Assembly (NCBI GenBank): GCA_035693065.1
Contig: DASSHE010000015.1
Span: 18,814-82,813, forward strand
Origin: Solirubrobacterales bacterium
Lineage (GTDB): Bacteria; Actinomycetota; Thermoleophilia; Solirubrobacterales; 70-9
DNA length: 64,000 nucleotides
Direction: 5' to 3'
A program made the translations under genes and the position numbers. This document shows, one piece after another, positions 42,010 through 51,136 of the stretch. Position 1 is the first letter of the stretch; the number at the start of each line of letters is the position of its first letter. Under the pieces are notes generated by a model. That model was given only the letters and a program-made list of their open reading frames with translations, was not told the origin of the DNA and did not search any database.

Positions 42010-43335
42010 TTAGAGGAGCGGCGTCAGCGGACGCGCCGCGACGCCGCTCAGCGTCTGCGAGGTCGCCGCTTCGATCTCGACCGGGACGAACTCGCCGGCC
42101 GCGGCGACGCCGTCGAAGTTGACCGCCTTGCCGTGGCGGGTGCGTCCCCGCAGCTTCGTCTCGTCGGTGCGGCTGGTGCCTTCGACGAGGACGTCCAGAG
42201 TCCGCCCGACAAAGCGCTGAGCCTGCTCGGCGGCGCGCCGCTGGACCACCTCGACCAGCCGTTCCATCCGCTCGACCTTGACCGGGTGCGGCAACTGCCC
42301 GTCCATCGCCGCCGCCGCCGTTTCGCGCCGCGGCGAGAAGACGAAGGTGAAGGCGCCGTCGTAGCCGACCTCCTCGACCACCTCGAGGGTCTCGCGGAAG
42401 TCGTCCTCGGTCTCGCCGGGGAAGCCGACGATGATGTCGGTCGTGATCGCGCAGTCGGGGACGTGCTCGCGGATCAGGGCGACCCGGTCCATGTAGCGGC
42501 CGCGGTCGTAGGTGCGGCGCATCCGTTTCAGCACCGCGCTCGAGCCCGACTGCAGCGGCAGGTGGATCTGCTCGCAGAGCGCCGGCAGCTCGGCGTGGGC
42601 GCGGATCACGTCCTCCTTCATGTCCTTCGGGTGGGGGCTGGTGTAGCGGATCCGCTTGATCCCCGCGACCGCGTCGACGCGGCGCAGCAGCTCGGAGAAG
42701 CCGATCCGGCGGTCGGCCGGCAGGTCGCGCCCGTAGCTGTTGACGTTCTGGCCCAGCAAGGTCACCTCGACGACGCCGTCGGCCGCCAGCGCCTCGGCCT
42801 CGGTGACGAGCTCGAAGGGGTCGCGGCTGACCTCGCGGCCGCGGGTCGAAGGCACGATGCAGTAGGAGCAGACGCAGTTGCAGCCCTGGGAGATCTGCAG
42901 CCAGCCCTGGAACTCGCGCTCGCGCCGCGTCGGCAGGTGGCCGGAGAAATCCTCGAACTCGAAGTAGCCCTGCGCGGTGAGGGAGTCGGAGTTGAGGAAC
43001 TCCGCCAGCTTGTGGATCTGCCCGGGACCGAAGGCGACGTCGACGAAGGGGAAGCGCTCGAAGACCTCCTCCTTGACCGACTGCGCCCAGCAGCCGCCGA
43101 CGCCGACCACCCGCTCGGGGTCTTCGCTCTTCAGCTTCTTCGCCTGCCCGAGATGGGCGATGAAGCGGCTGTCGGCGGACTCGCGAATCGAGCAGGTGTT
43201 GAAGAGGATCAGGTCCGCTTCCTCCCGCTCGCCGGCCTCCTCGTAGCCGAGCGAGGACAGCATCCCCCGCATCCGCTCGGAGTCGTGCACGTTCATCTGA
43301 CACCCGAAGGTGGTGACGTGGAACAGCTTGGCCAT
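42010..43335 (-). CDS. miaB: tRNA-2-methylthio-N6-dimethylallyladenosine synthase (radical SAM methylthiotransferase)
   Basis: FGCQMN N-terminal domain, radical-SAM CNCVCSYC motif and a TRAM-like C-terminus. Confidence 0.9.
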   Translation of the reverse strand: MAKLFHVTTFGCQMNVHDSERMRGMLSSLGYEEAGEREEADLILFNTCSIRESADSRFIAHLGQAKKLKSEDPERVVGVGGCWAQSVKEEVFERFPFVDVAFGPGQIHKLAEFLNSDSLTAQGYFEFEDFSGHLPTRREREFQGWLQISQGCNCVCSYCIVPSTRGREVSRDPFELVTEAEALAADGVVEVTLLGQNVNSYGRDLPADRRIGFSELLRRVDAVAGIKRIRYTSPHPKDMKEDVIRAHAELPALCEQIHLPLQSGSSAVLKRMRRTYDRGRYMDRVALIREHVPDCAITTDIIVGFPGETEDDFRETLEVVEEVGYDGAFTFVFSPRRETAAAAMDGQLPHPVKVERMERLVEVVQRRAAEQAQRFVGRTLDVLVEGTSRTDETKLRGRTRHGKAVNFDGVAAAGEFVPVEIEAATSQTLSGVAARPLTPLL

Positions 43336-43391
43336 GGCCCGTCAGGGTACCGACAGCAAAAACTGGCGACGGGCCGCCGGAGGGACCAAGC

Positions 43392-43612
43392 GCTCCGGCG
43401 GGCGGGTCCTGTCACGGCAGGGGCCCACCGTCCCCTTCCGGTAGCTAAAGCTTCCTCAGGGGACGGTCCCCCCTACCGTGCCACCCGCCCGAGCGGCGGG
43501 CGTGGACGCTGCTGCCGGGGGGTGGCGCCGTAGGGGGACCCATGTCTGAGGAAGCTTTAGCTACCGGAGGACATGGGGGTTCCTGCGGCGACAGGACCCG
43601 CCGGCCCGGAGC
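43392..43612. repeat. ~221-nt long imperfect palindrome with a perfect 22-nt AT-richer core (MITE-like element or structured RNA)
   Basis: CCGGTAGCTAAAGCTTCCTCAG (43438-43459) is the exact reverse complement of 43546-43567. Outer arms GCTCCGGCGGGCGGGTCCTGTCaCgGCAGG (43392-43421) and CCTGCgGcGACAGGACCCGCCGGcCCGGAGC (43582-43612) also pair. Confidence 0.6.
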
Positions 43613-43653
43613 ACCTCCGTCCCTTGGCCCGGAGCCCCGAGCCCGGGAGACGG

Positions 43654-44193
43654 CTACTTGACCGTCAGGGTTCCTTCCATCCCGGCCTCGCGATGGCCTG
43701 GGACGGAGCAGTAGAAGGTGTAGGTGCCGGGCTCGAGTTCGGCGGTCTCGGATTCTTCGCCTTCGGCGAGAGGTTCGAAGCTCGCCAGTTCTTTGCCGCC
43801 TTCTTCTTCGATCACCACGTTGTGCGGGATCGGGGCGGGGTTGGTGAAGTCGATCGTCACCTCACCGGCCTTGGCGCTCAGTTCCGTGGTGTCGTAGGCG
43901 AGCGCCGATTCGCTGGCTTCCAGTTCCAGCGTCGTAGCGGCGCCACCGCCGGCTTTCTCGCCGCCTTCGTTTGCGAAGAACTCCTTGTACTCGGCAGCCT
44001 TCACTTCGTGCTCTTCTCCTGAATAGCGCGTGGCGAAGGTGGTGGCGCCAACAACAAAGACGGCAAACCAGAGGATGACCGCCGGCAGCATTTTCCCGGG
44101 GAAGCCCTTGATTCTCAGACCGGCGAAAGTGATGCCCACCGCCGAGACCGCGAGGACGATCCCACAGATGTAGAAGAGAGTTTCGTTGCTCAT
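43654..44193 (-). CDS. membrane-anchored cupredoxin (plastocyanin/azurin-like blue copper protein)
   Basis: N-terminal TM. Type-1 Cu ligands are PHNVV...YCSVPGHREAGMEG (His...Cys-x2-His-x4-Met). Confidence 0.8.
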   Translation of the reverse strand: MSNETLFYICGIVLAVSAVGITFAGLRIKGFPGKMLPAVILWFAVFVVGATTFATRYSGEEHEVKAAEYKEFFANEGGEKAGGGAATTLELEASESALAYDTTELSAKAGEVTIDFTNPAPIPHNVVIEEEGGKELASFEPLAEGEESETAELEPGTYTFYCSVPGHREAGMEGTLTVK

Positions 44194-44237
44194 GTCGATG
44201 CGGGGCGGATCCTATAGAGGAACCAGGGAGAGCGGCT

Positions 44238-45341
44238 CTAGGCCGCCCTCACCTCCGCCACCGGCTCGGCGTCTCCGCCCTCGCCCTCCGCCGACGCTGC
44301 CGGGGGGCTGCTTTCGCCGTCGATCCCAAGTGCCGTCCGGACCTTGGTTTCGATCTCCAGCGCCAGCTCCGGGTTGTCAACCAGGAACTGCTTGGCGTTG
44401 TTGCGACCCTGGCCGAGGCGGGTCTCGCCGTAGGAGAAGAAGGAACCCGATTTCTGGACCAGGTCCTGCTCCATGCCGAAGTCGAGCAGGCCACCCTCGC
44501 GGGAGATGCCGACGCCGTACTCGATGTCGAATTCGGCCTGGCGGAACGGCGCCGCGACCTTGTTCTTGACGACTTTGACGCGGACGCGGTTGCCGACCGC
44601 CTCGGTCCCTTCCTTGAGGGTCTCGATGCGGCGGATGTCGAGCCGCTGCGAGGAGTAGAACTTCAGCGCCCGGCCGCCCGGCTGGGTCTCCGGGGAGCCG
44701 AACTGGACCCCGATCTTTTCGCGGATCTGGTTGGTGAAGAGGCAGACGGTCTTGGTCCGGTTGAGGCTGCCGGCGAGTTTCCGCAGCGCCTGCGACATCA
44801 GCCGCGCCTGCAGGCCGACGGTGGTGTCGCCGATCTGCCCGTCGAGCTCGGCTTTCGGGGTCAGCGCCGCGACCGAGTCGATCGCGACCACGTCGACAGC
44901 CGCCGAGGCGATCAGCCGGTCGGCGATCTGCAGCGCCTGCTCCCCGTAGTGGGGCTGGGAGACGAGCAGCTCGTCGGTGTCGACGCCGATTGCCCGCGCG
45001 TAGACCGGGTCGATCGCGTGCTCGGTGTCGATGAAGGCGCAGACGCCGCCCTGGGCCTGAGCCTGGGCGATGATGTGGTTGATCAGCGTCGTCTTACCCG
45101 AGGACTCCGGCCCGAAGATCTCGACGATGCGGCCGCGCGGCACGCCGCCGATCCCAAGGGCCAGGTCGAGCGCCAGGGACCCGGTCGGGATCGCGTCGAC
45201 CTTGACCGTCCCTTTGTCGCCGAGGCGCATCAGGGCACCCTCGCCGAACTCCTTTTTGATGCCGGTGACGGCGCTCTCGAGCGCCGCGTCCTTGGCCCGC
45301 GCCTCTTTCGCCGAGGCCTCTTTCAAGTTCACTTTTGCCAT
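44238..45341 (-). CDS. recA: recombinase RecA
   Basis: [12 protein letters not shown] Walker A and the full-length RecA pattern. 367 aa. Confidence 0.95.
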   Translation of the reverse strand: MAKVNLKEASAKEARAKDAALESAVTGIKKEFGEGALMRLGDKGTVKVDAIPTGSLALDLALGIGGVPRGRIVEIFGPESSGKTTLINHIIAQAQAQGGVCAFIDTEHAIDPVYARAIGVDTDELLVSQPHYGEQALQIADRLIASAAVDVVAIDSVAALTPKAELDGQIGDTTVGLQARLMSQALRKLAGSLNRTKTVCLFTNQIREKIGVQFGSPETQPGGRALKFYSSQRLDIRRIETLKEGTEAVGNRVRVKVVKNKVAAPFRQAEFDIEYGVGISREGGLLDFGMEQDLVQKSGSFFSYGETRLGQGRNNAKQFLVDNPELALEIETKVRTALGIDGESSPPAASAEGEGGDAEPVAEVRAA

Positions 45342-45353
45342 CTCACGATCACC

Positions 45354-45962
45354 TCACTGCTGCCCGCCGGGCAGCTCGACTAGGGCCAGCGGCACATAGC
45401 GCGCACCGGTCGGCTTGAGTTCAGAACGGTAGAGAGCGAGCCGGACGCCAAGGAAGGCCTCCGACAGCTCTTCCGGCAGCTTCGCCGGGGGATCGGCGAC
45501 GACCGCGGGCCGCCTCGATCCGCGTGCCTCGGGCCGCACCCGAGCCACGGTCACGTGCGGCCAAAAGGGCCGCTTCTCGGGCTCGTAGAAGCCCCCTGCG
45601 ACAAGCCTTTGCTCCAGCCCCTCCTGTAGCGCCTCGGTTCCCGGCGAGAGCGCCGGCAGCGCAAACATCCGCGGTCGCCCCCGCGGCGGGATCGGTACCG
45701 GGTCGCCCAGCTCGATCCAGGGCGCCGGGCCGACGCTCTCGGCCACGACCTCGGCGATCCGCGGCACCTCCTTCTCGGCCCGGTAACCGAGGAAGGCGAG
45801 GGTGATGTGAAGGGACTGCGGCGGCACCGGCCGCAGCGCCGGGTCGGCCAGCGCTCCCTCCTCCCAGGCGAGGAGCCCTTCCCGAACCCGGTCCGGGAGG
45901 TCGACGGCGACGAAGAGCCGCGCCCGCGGGCTTTTCAGTCGTTCCTTGGCCACGACCGCCAA
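45354..45962 (-). CDS. thpR: RNA 2',3'-cyclic phosphodiesterase (2'-5' RNA ligase family)
   Basis: Two HxT motifs: HITLAFLG and HVTVAR. Confidence 0.8.
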   Translation of the reverse strand: MAVVAKERLKSPRARLFVAVDLPDRVREGLLAWEEGALADPALRPVPPQSLHITLAFLGYRAEKEVPRIAEVVAESVGPAPWIELGDPVPIPPRGRPRMFALPALSPGTEALQEGLEQRLVAGGFYEPEKRPFWPHVTVARVRPEARGSRRPAVVADPPAKLPEELSEAFLGVRLALYRSELKPTGARYVPLALVELPGGQQ

Positions 45963-46010
45963 GCTACGCGGCCCCTACAGACAGAACAACACCTCAAAGC
46001 CAATTCTTGG

Positions 46011-47288
46011 TCACGGCTTCGTCCCTTCCTTCTCACCGAGGAGCTGGCGCAGCAGGTGCATGCCGACCAGGGCCGAGCGTTCGCGAATGTCGGCGCGCCC
46101 GCCGGGGATCACCGGATCGCGGGCGATGCTCGTGCCGTCGGCGAGCCGGGCGTTGAAGCAGACGTAGCCGACCGGCTTCTCCTCGCTGCCGCCACCGGGC
46201 CCGGCCACACCCGTGACGGAGACGGCGACGTCGGCGTCGAAACGCTCCAGGGCGCCGATCGCCATCGCCGCGGCGACCTCGGGCGAGACCGCCCCCTTCG
46301 CGTCGATCAGGCCCGGATCGACTCCCAGCAACTGCGCCTTGGCCTCGTTCGAGTAGGCGACGACGCCGCCGCCGAAGTACTCCGAAGCGCCCGCCAGGTC
46401 GGTGATCCGCGCCGCCAGCAGTCCGCCGCTGCACGACTCCGCCAGACCCAGGCGGTGTCCCAGCAACAGCGTCGCCACCTGGGCGTCGATCGTCTCACCG
46501 TCGAGGCTGAAGGTCTCCCGCGGGTGGCGCCGCACCAGCCCCTGCCGCACCGCCTCCGCGGCCTCGAGCGCCTCGTCGCGGTAGCGGACGTCGATCTCGA
46601 TCTCGCCGCGACGCAGGCAGGTCGTCACCTCGACGCTGCCCAGCTCGACGCCATCGTCCTCGATCTCCCGCAGGCTCTTGGCGATTTCCGACTCGGGCAC
46701 CCCGAACATCCGCATCGTGTAGGCCCGCAGCGGCGTCGCCCGCTCCAACACCGCGCGAACCTGAGGGGTCGACACCGCCGCCTCCCACATCGGCTGCAGC
46801 TCCCGCGGCGGCCCTGGAAGCACGACCACGACCCGCTCTCCCGCCGGCACGACCAGCCCCGGAGCGGTCCCGACCGGATCCAGCGCCACCGCCCCCTCCG
46901 GCACCATCGCCTGCTTGCGGTTTGCCTCCATCACCGCCGCCGAGTCGAGCCGGAAGCGCTGCGCGAAGCCCCGCAGGATCTCCGCGATCTTCGCCTCCAT
47001 CGCCTCGTCGAGGACCAGCTCGCGTCCGGCGAAGCGGCCGACGATCTCGGCGGTGAGGTCGTCGGCGGTGGGCCCGAGGCCGCCGCTGGTGACGATCAGG
47101 TCCATGCCCTCGTCGGCCATGAACCGCAGTGCCGCTTCGAGGTCGGCCGGGCGATCGCCGACGACGAGGATGTGGGCGACCTCGACCCCGCGCTCGGCCA
47201 GCCGCTCGGAGACCCAGGGGCCGTTGCTATCCGAGATCCGCCCGGTCAGCACCTCGGTGCCGGTGACGACGATGCCGGCGCGAATCAC
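46011..47288 (-). CDS. cinA: competence/damage-inducible protein CinA (MoCF-binding plus PncC deamidase domains)
   Basis: IVVTGTEVLTGRISDSNGPW, LIVTSGGLGPT and C-terminal ESCSGGLLA, VVAYSNEAK. The cinA-thpR-recA order is conserved. Confidence 0.9.
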   Translation of the reverse strand: MIRAGIVVTGTEVLTGRISDSNGPWVSERLAERGVEVAHILVVGDRPADLEAALRFMADEGMDLIVTSGGLGPTADDLTAEIVGRFAGRELVLDEAMEAKIAEILRGFAQRFRLDSAAVMEANRKQAMVPEGAVALDPVGTAPGLVVPAGERVVVVLPGPPRELQPMWEAAVSTPQVRAVLERATPLRAYTMRMFGVPESEIAKSLREIEDDGVELGSVEVTTCLRRGEIEIDVRYRDEALEAAEAVRQGLVRRHPRETFSLDGETIDAQVATLLLGHRLGLAESCSGGLLAARITDLAGASEYFGGGVVAYSNEAKAQLLGVDPGLIDAKGAVSPEVAAAMAIGALERFDADVAVSVTGVAGPGGGSEEKPVGYVCFNARLADGTSIARDPVIPGGRADIRERSALVGMHLLRQLLGEKEGTKP

Positions 47289-48097
47289 GTGCAGGTCGGC
47301 CGTTCGCCTTCGGGGATTTCGCTGACCTTGCCGTCGGCGCCGATCCGGAAGCCGATCGGGCTCGCCGGTTCGGGGAGGTTCTGCTGCTTTCCGTCAACGG
47401 TCATGGTCACGGCGCCGTTGCCGAGCGCCAGGGTGAAGCTACCGGACCGGAATGGCCCTTCTGCTTCGCCCGGGGCAAGAATCAGCCCGTTGACGAGCGG
47501 TCGGTCCTTGCCGTCGAGCAGGCAGACCCAGACTTCGGCCTTGGCGGCGAGCTCCAGCGAGTGACCGGCCGGCACCGGCTTGGTCTTGCGGGGAACAGAG
47601 GTCCCCGGCTTTCCCTGCGCCTTGCCCGCCGGGTTGGCGGCGGTGCCCGGTTCCCTCGAGTCGCCCCCGCTGGAGAGCCCAATCACCAGCAGCGCCGCGA
47701 CCACGAGGGCGACGACGAGCGCCGTGACCAGCCCCGGTGAGATCCGCGGCCCGCCCCGTCGAGGGCGGCCCGTCGCCGGCCGCGGAAGCGGATCCACCCG
47801 CGGCAGTCGCTCGCCCGGCCGGGCGGCGCCGCGCCCGCGGCGGTGTTCCTCGGCCAGGCGCTCGCCGTCGAGACCGAGGTAGTTCCCGTAGGTGCGGATG
47901 AAGGCGCGGGTGTAGGTGTCGCCGGGAAGCTGATCCCAGTCTTCGCTCTCGATCGCCCGCAGGAAGCGCCCGCGGATCTTGATCGCGGCTTCGACCTCGG
48001 GCAAACCTACCCGGCGGCGGGAGCGTGCCTCCCGGAGTCTTGCGCCTACTCCTTCGTCCATTCCCCCATTTTGGCCCGCAAATGGGCCTGTATGCAA
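47285..48097 (-). CDS. RodZ-like HTH/DUF4115 membrane protein
   Basis: GARLREARSRRRVGL...IKIRGRFLRAIE..DWDQLPGDTYTRAFIRTYGNYLGLD, a central TM and a C-terminal beta domain. Confidence 0.75.
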   Translation of the reverse strand: MHTGPFAGQNGGMDEGVGARLREARSRRRVGLPEVEAAIKIRGRFLRAIESEDWDQLPGDTYTRAFIRTYGNYLGLDGERLAEEHRRGRGAARPGERLPRVDPLPRPATGRPRRGGPRISPGLVTALVVALVVAALLVIGLSSGGDSREPGTAANPAGKAQGKPGTSVPRKTKPVPAGHSLELAAKAEVWVCLLDGKDRPLVNGLILAPGEAEGPFRSGSFTLALGNGAVTMTVDGKQQNLPEPASPIGFRIGADGKVSEIPEGERPTCT

Positions 48098-48106
48098 AGG
48101 AATTGC

Positions 48107-50350
48107 CTAGGCGTCTGACTCGGAGTCGACCGCGACCGGCGCCGGAGCGCCCTCGCCGCCGCCGCTCAGCACCCGCGACAGGTCCGCCTGGGTGATCAGT
48201 ACCTGGCGCGGTTTCGAGCCCTCGTAGCCGGAGATCACGCCGCGGCGCTCGAGCATGTCGATCAGGCGGCCGGCGCGGGTGTAGCCGACCCGGAGGCGGC
48301 GCTGGATCATCGAGACCGAGGCCGTCTCGGTCTGGACCACGAGCCGGATCGCCTCGTCGAGCAGATCGTCGCTGTCGGGGTCGAAATCGTCGTCGCGGCC
48401 CTCCTCGGCGACCTCCGCGGGAGCCTCCAGCAGCTCGTCCTCGAACTCGGGTTCGCCCTGCTTGGCCCAATGGCCGGTGATCCGGGCGATCTCGTCCTCG
48501 GTGATGAAGGCCCCCTGGACGCGGGCCAGCTTCGAAGTCCCGGCGCCGCGGAAGAGCATGTCCCCCTGACCCAGCAGGGCCTCCGCCCCACCCTGGTCGA
48601 GGATCACCCGGGAATCGGTCTGGGAGGAGACGGCGAAGGCGATGCGCGAGGGGATGTTGACCTTGATCGTGCCGGTGATGATGTCGGTCGAGGGTCGCTG
48701 GGTGGCGAGCACGAGGTGGATCCCGGTGGCGCGCGACTTCTGCGCCAGGCGGATGATCGAGTCCTCGACTTCGGCCGGGGCCACCATCATCAGGTCCGCG
48801 AGCTCGTCGATCACGCAGAGGATGTGCGGCAGCGGCGCTTCTCCCTGCTTGCGGCGAACCCGGTTGAGCTCCGCCAGGTTGCGGGCGCGGGCCTGGCTCA
48901 TGATCCCGTAGCGGCTCTCCATCTCGCCGATCAGGTTCTGCAGCACGTTGGCGGCGAGCCGCGGCGAGGTCACCACCGGCGTCAGCAGGTGCGGGACGTG
49001 CTCGTAGTGGTTGAGCTCGACCTGCTTGGGGTCGACGAGGACGAGGCGGACCTCGTTGGGCGAGGCCTGCATCAGGATCGAGGAGAGGATCGCGTTGACG
49101 CAGCCGCTCTTACCGGAGCCGGTGGTGCCGGCGACGAGGACGTGCGGCATCTTCGCGATGTCGGTCCAGACCGCGTTGCCGTCGATCCCCTTGCCGAGCC
49201 AGGCGACCAGGGGCGAGGTCTTCTCCGGGCGCCCGGCGTAGATGTCGCCGAGGCGGACCATCTTGCGGGTCCGGTTGGGGACCTCCACTCCCACCGCCTG
49301 CTTACCTGGGATTGGCGCCAGGATGCGGATGTCGGTCGAGGCCAGCGCATAGGCGATGTCGTTGGCGAGCTCGGTGACTTTCTTGACTTTGGTCCCCGGC
49401 GCCAGGCGCAGCTCGAAGCGGGAGACGTGCGGGCCGCTGACGACGCCGACGATCTTTGCCTCGACCCCGAAATGCCCCAGCGTCTCGACCAGCTTGCGAC
49501 CGACCGCTTCCTGGTCGCGCGGATCCGGGCCTTTGTCCCCTTTGCCGCGCTCGAGCAGCTTCAGCGAGGGCGGCCGGTAGTCGATCTCCTCCGACATCGT
49601 GACGCCGCGCTTGGAGCCCATCGGGGTGAGGCCGGCGTGGGCCCGGTCGCCGGGATCGACGACGGCGACCGCGTCGTCGGAGTCGTAGTTCTGCAGCTCC
49701 AGTTGGGGAGCCTCCTCCTCGTCCTCGTCCCGCACGGCCTCCTCGTCGGCGGCCAGGACGTGCGTCTCGGTCTCGGCGTCGGCCGCGGCGTCGAAGATCT
49801 CGGCGTCGAAGGGGTCCTCCTCGGCCAGGGCGACGGTTGGTTCGAAGTCGTCGTCGTTCTCCGGGTAGGAGCTCATCACGTCGGTCGGGCCGGCGAGGGT
49901 CGCCGCCTCCGCCCGGGCGTCGCGGTGCTGGCGCCAGTCGGCGTGGGTCTTCGCGACCGTGCGCGCCGCCGCGTCTCCGCCGCTGAAGATGGCGCGGAAG
50001 ACGGCTCGGATCGAGCGCCCAATTCCGCGCGCCAGGGTCGAGACCGAGGTCCCGGTCAGCAGCATCCCGCCGACGACGAGCAGCAGGACGGTGAAGATCC
50101 GGGCGCCGACCTCGCCGAACAGGTAGGTCAGCGCCGTTTCGGTCCCATAGCCGACCTTGCCCCCCTCCCAACCGAGGAAAAGAACGAAGACCAGGTAGAC
50201 GCCGAAGGCGACGAGGAAGAGGGCGATCAGGTCGATGTGGCGCTGCTCGAGGGCCGCCGGTAGCCGCAGCCCGCCGCCGCCTTTCGGCTTGCGCTTGAAG
50301 GCAGCTTTACCCCGGCGCGCGGACGAGGCGCGCTTCTTACGCACGAACAT
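48107..50350 (-). CDS. ftsK: DNA translocase FtsK
   Basis: ATG at 50350 (the part of listed ORF 48107..51100 upstream of 50350 is antisense to the response regulator). N-terminal TMs, GTTGSGKS, LVLATQRPS and a gamma winged helix (QRRLRVGYTRAGRLIDMLERRGVISG). Confidence 0.9.
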   Translation of the reverse strand: MFVRKKRASSARRGKAAFKRKPKGGGGLRLPAALEQRHIDLIALFLVAFGVYLVFVLFLGWEGGKVGYGTETALTYLFGEVGARIFTVLLLVVGGMLLTGTSVSTLARGIGRSIRAVFRAIFSGGDAAARTVAKTHADWRQHRDARAEAATLAGPTDVMSSYPENDDDFEPTVALAEEDPFDAEIFDAAADAETETHVLAADEEAVRDEDEEEAPQLELQNYDSDDAVAVVDPGDRAHAGLTPMGSKRGVTMSEEIDYRPPSLKLLERGKGDKGPDPRDQEAVGRKLVETLGHFGVEAKIVGVVSGPHVSRFELRLAPGTKVKKVTELANDIAYALASTDIRILAPIPGKQAVGVEVPNRTRKMVRLGDIYAGRPEKTSPLVAWLGKGIDGNAVWTDIAKMPHVLVAGTTGSGKSGCVNAILSSILMQASPNEVRLVLVDPKQVELNHYEHVPHLLTPVVTSPRLAANVLQNLIGEMESRYGIMSQARARNLAELNRVRRKQGEAPLPHILCVIDELADLMMVAPAEVEDSIIRLAQKSRATGIHLVLATQRPSTDIITGTIKVNIPSRIAFAVSSQTDSRVILDQGGAEALLGQGDMLFRGAGTSKLARVQGAFITEDEIARITGHWAKQGEPEFEDELLEAPAEVAEEGRDDDFDPDSDDLLDEAIRLVVQTETASVSMIQRRLRVGYTRAGRLIDMLERRGVISGYEGSKPRQVLITQADLSRVLSGGGEGAPAPVAVDSESDA

Positions 50351-50443
50351 GGTTCCCGGTTCGACGCCGAGCCCTTCTCCCCTGCGGGTAAATTCGCGAT
50401 AAATCTCGCAGGGAGCGGCGGTTTCGCGGGCTAACATCGGCTC

Positions 50444-51136
50444 GTGCTCACGGATTACGACCAGACAGGCGGCCGCGTCCTGATCGTCGAGGACGACGTC
50501 GACATCGCCGACGTCCTGCGGCGCTCGCTGCGCAACGAGGGCTACGAGGTGAAAACCTCGGCCGACGGCGCCGAGGCGCTCGACGTCGCCGCCGGCTTCG
50601 TCCCCGACCTGGTGATCCTCGACCTCGGCCTTCCCGGCCTCGACGGGGTCGAGGTCTGCCGACGCCTGCGCAGCGACGGCGACGTGCCGATCCTGATGCT
50701 GACCGCCCGGGCCGAGACCGAGGACCGCGTCGTCGGTCTCGACAGCGGCGCCGACGACTATCTGGTGAAGCCGTTCGAGCGCAAGGAGCTGCTGGCGCGG
50801 ATCCGCGCCCTGCTGCGGCGACGGCCGCCGCGCGGAGCCGCCTCGCTGCAGGTCGGCGACCTCACGCTCAACCCCGATACGCGCGAGGTGAAGCGCGGCG
50901 AGCGCGAGATCGAGCTGACCAACCGCGAGTTCGAGCTGCTCGAGTTCCTGATGCGCAACGAGCGGCTCGTCGTCTCCCGCGAGCGCCTGCTCGACGAAGT
51001 CTGGGGCTATGACCCGATGGCGGCCACCAACACGATCGACGTCTTCATCTCCAACCTCCGGCGCAAGCTCGAGGCCGGCGACGAGGGGCGCCTGCTGCAC
51101 ACCAAACGCGGCGCCGGCTACGTCCTCAAGGCGTGA
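50444..51136 (+). CDS. OmpR/PhoB-family response regulator
   Basis: Receiver domain is VLIVEDD...DLVILDLGLPGLDG. Winged-helix region is LTNREFELLEFLM...RGAGYVL. Confidence 0.9.
   Translation: MLTDYDQTGGRVLIVEDDVDIADVLRRSLRNEGYEVKTSADGAEALDVAAGFVPDLVILDLGLPGLDGVEVCRRLRSDGDVPILMLTARAETEDRVVGLDSGADDYLVKPFERKELLARIRALLRRRPPRGAASLQVGDLTLNPDTREVKRGEREIELTNREFELLEFLMRNERLVVSRERLLDEVWGYDPMAATNTIDVFISNLRRKLEAGDEGRLLHTKRGAGYVLKA

Noticed and set aside
44194-44237. SOS (LexA) box upstream of recA or dinB.
   Set aside because: recA appears co-transcribed with thpR and cinA (12-nt gap). I could not identify a convincing actinobacterial SOS box (TCGAAC-N4-GTTCGA-like) by eye near 45342-45353, 47289 or 1485-1583.
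50351-51100. N-terminal 250-aa extension of the FtsK ORF (listed 48107..51100).
   Set aside because: The extension is antisense to the well-supported response-regulator gene 50444..51136 and is not FtsK-like. The internal ATG at 50350 gives a normal basic N-terminus followed by TM helices.
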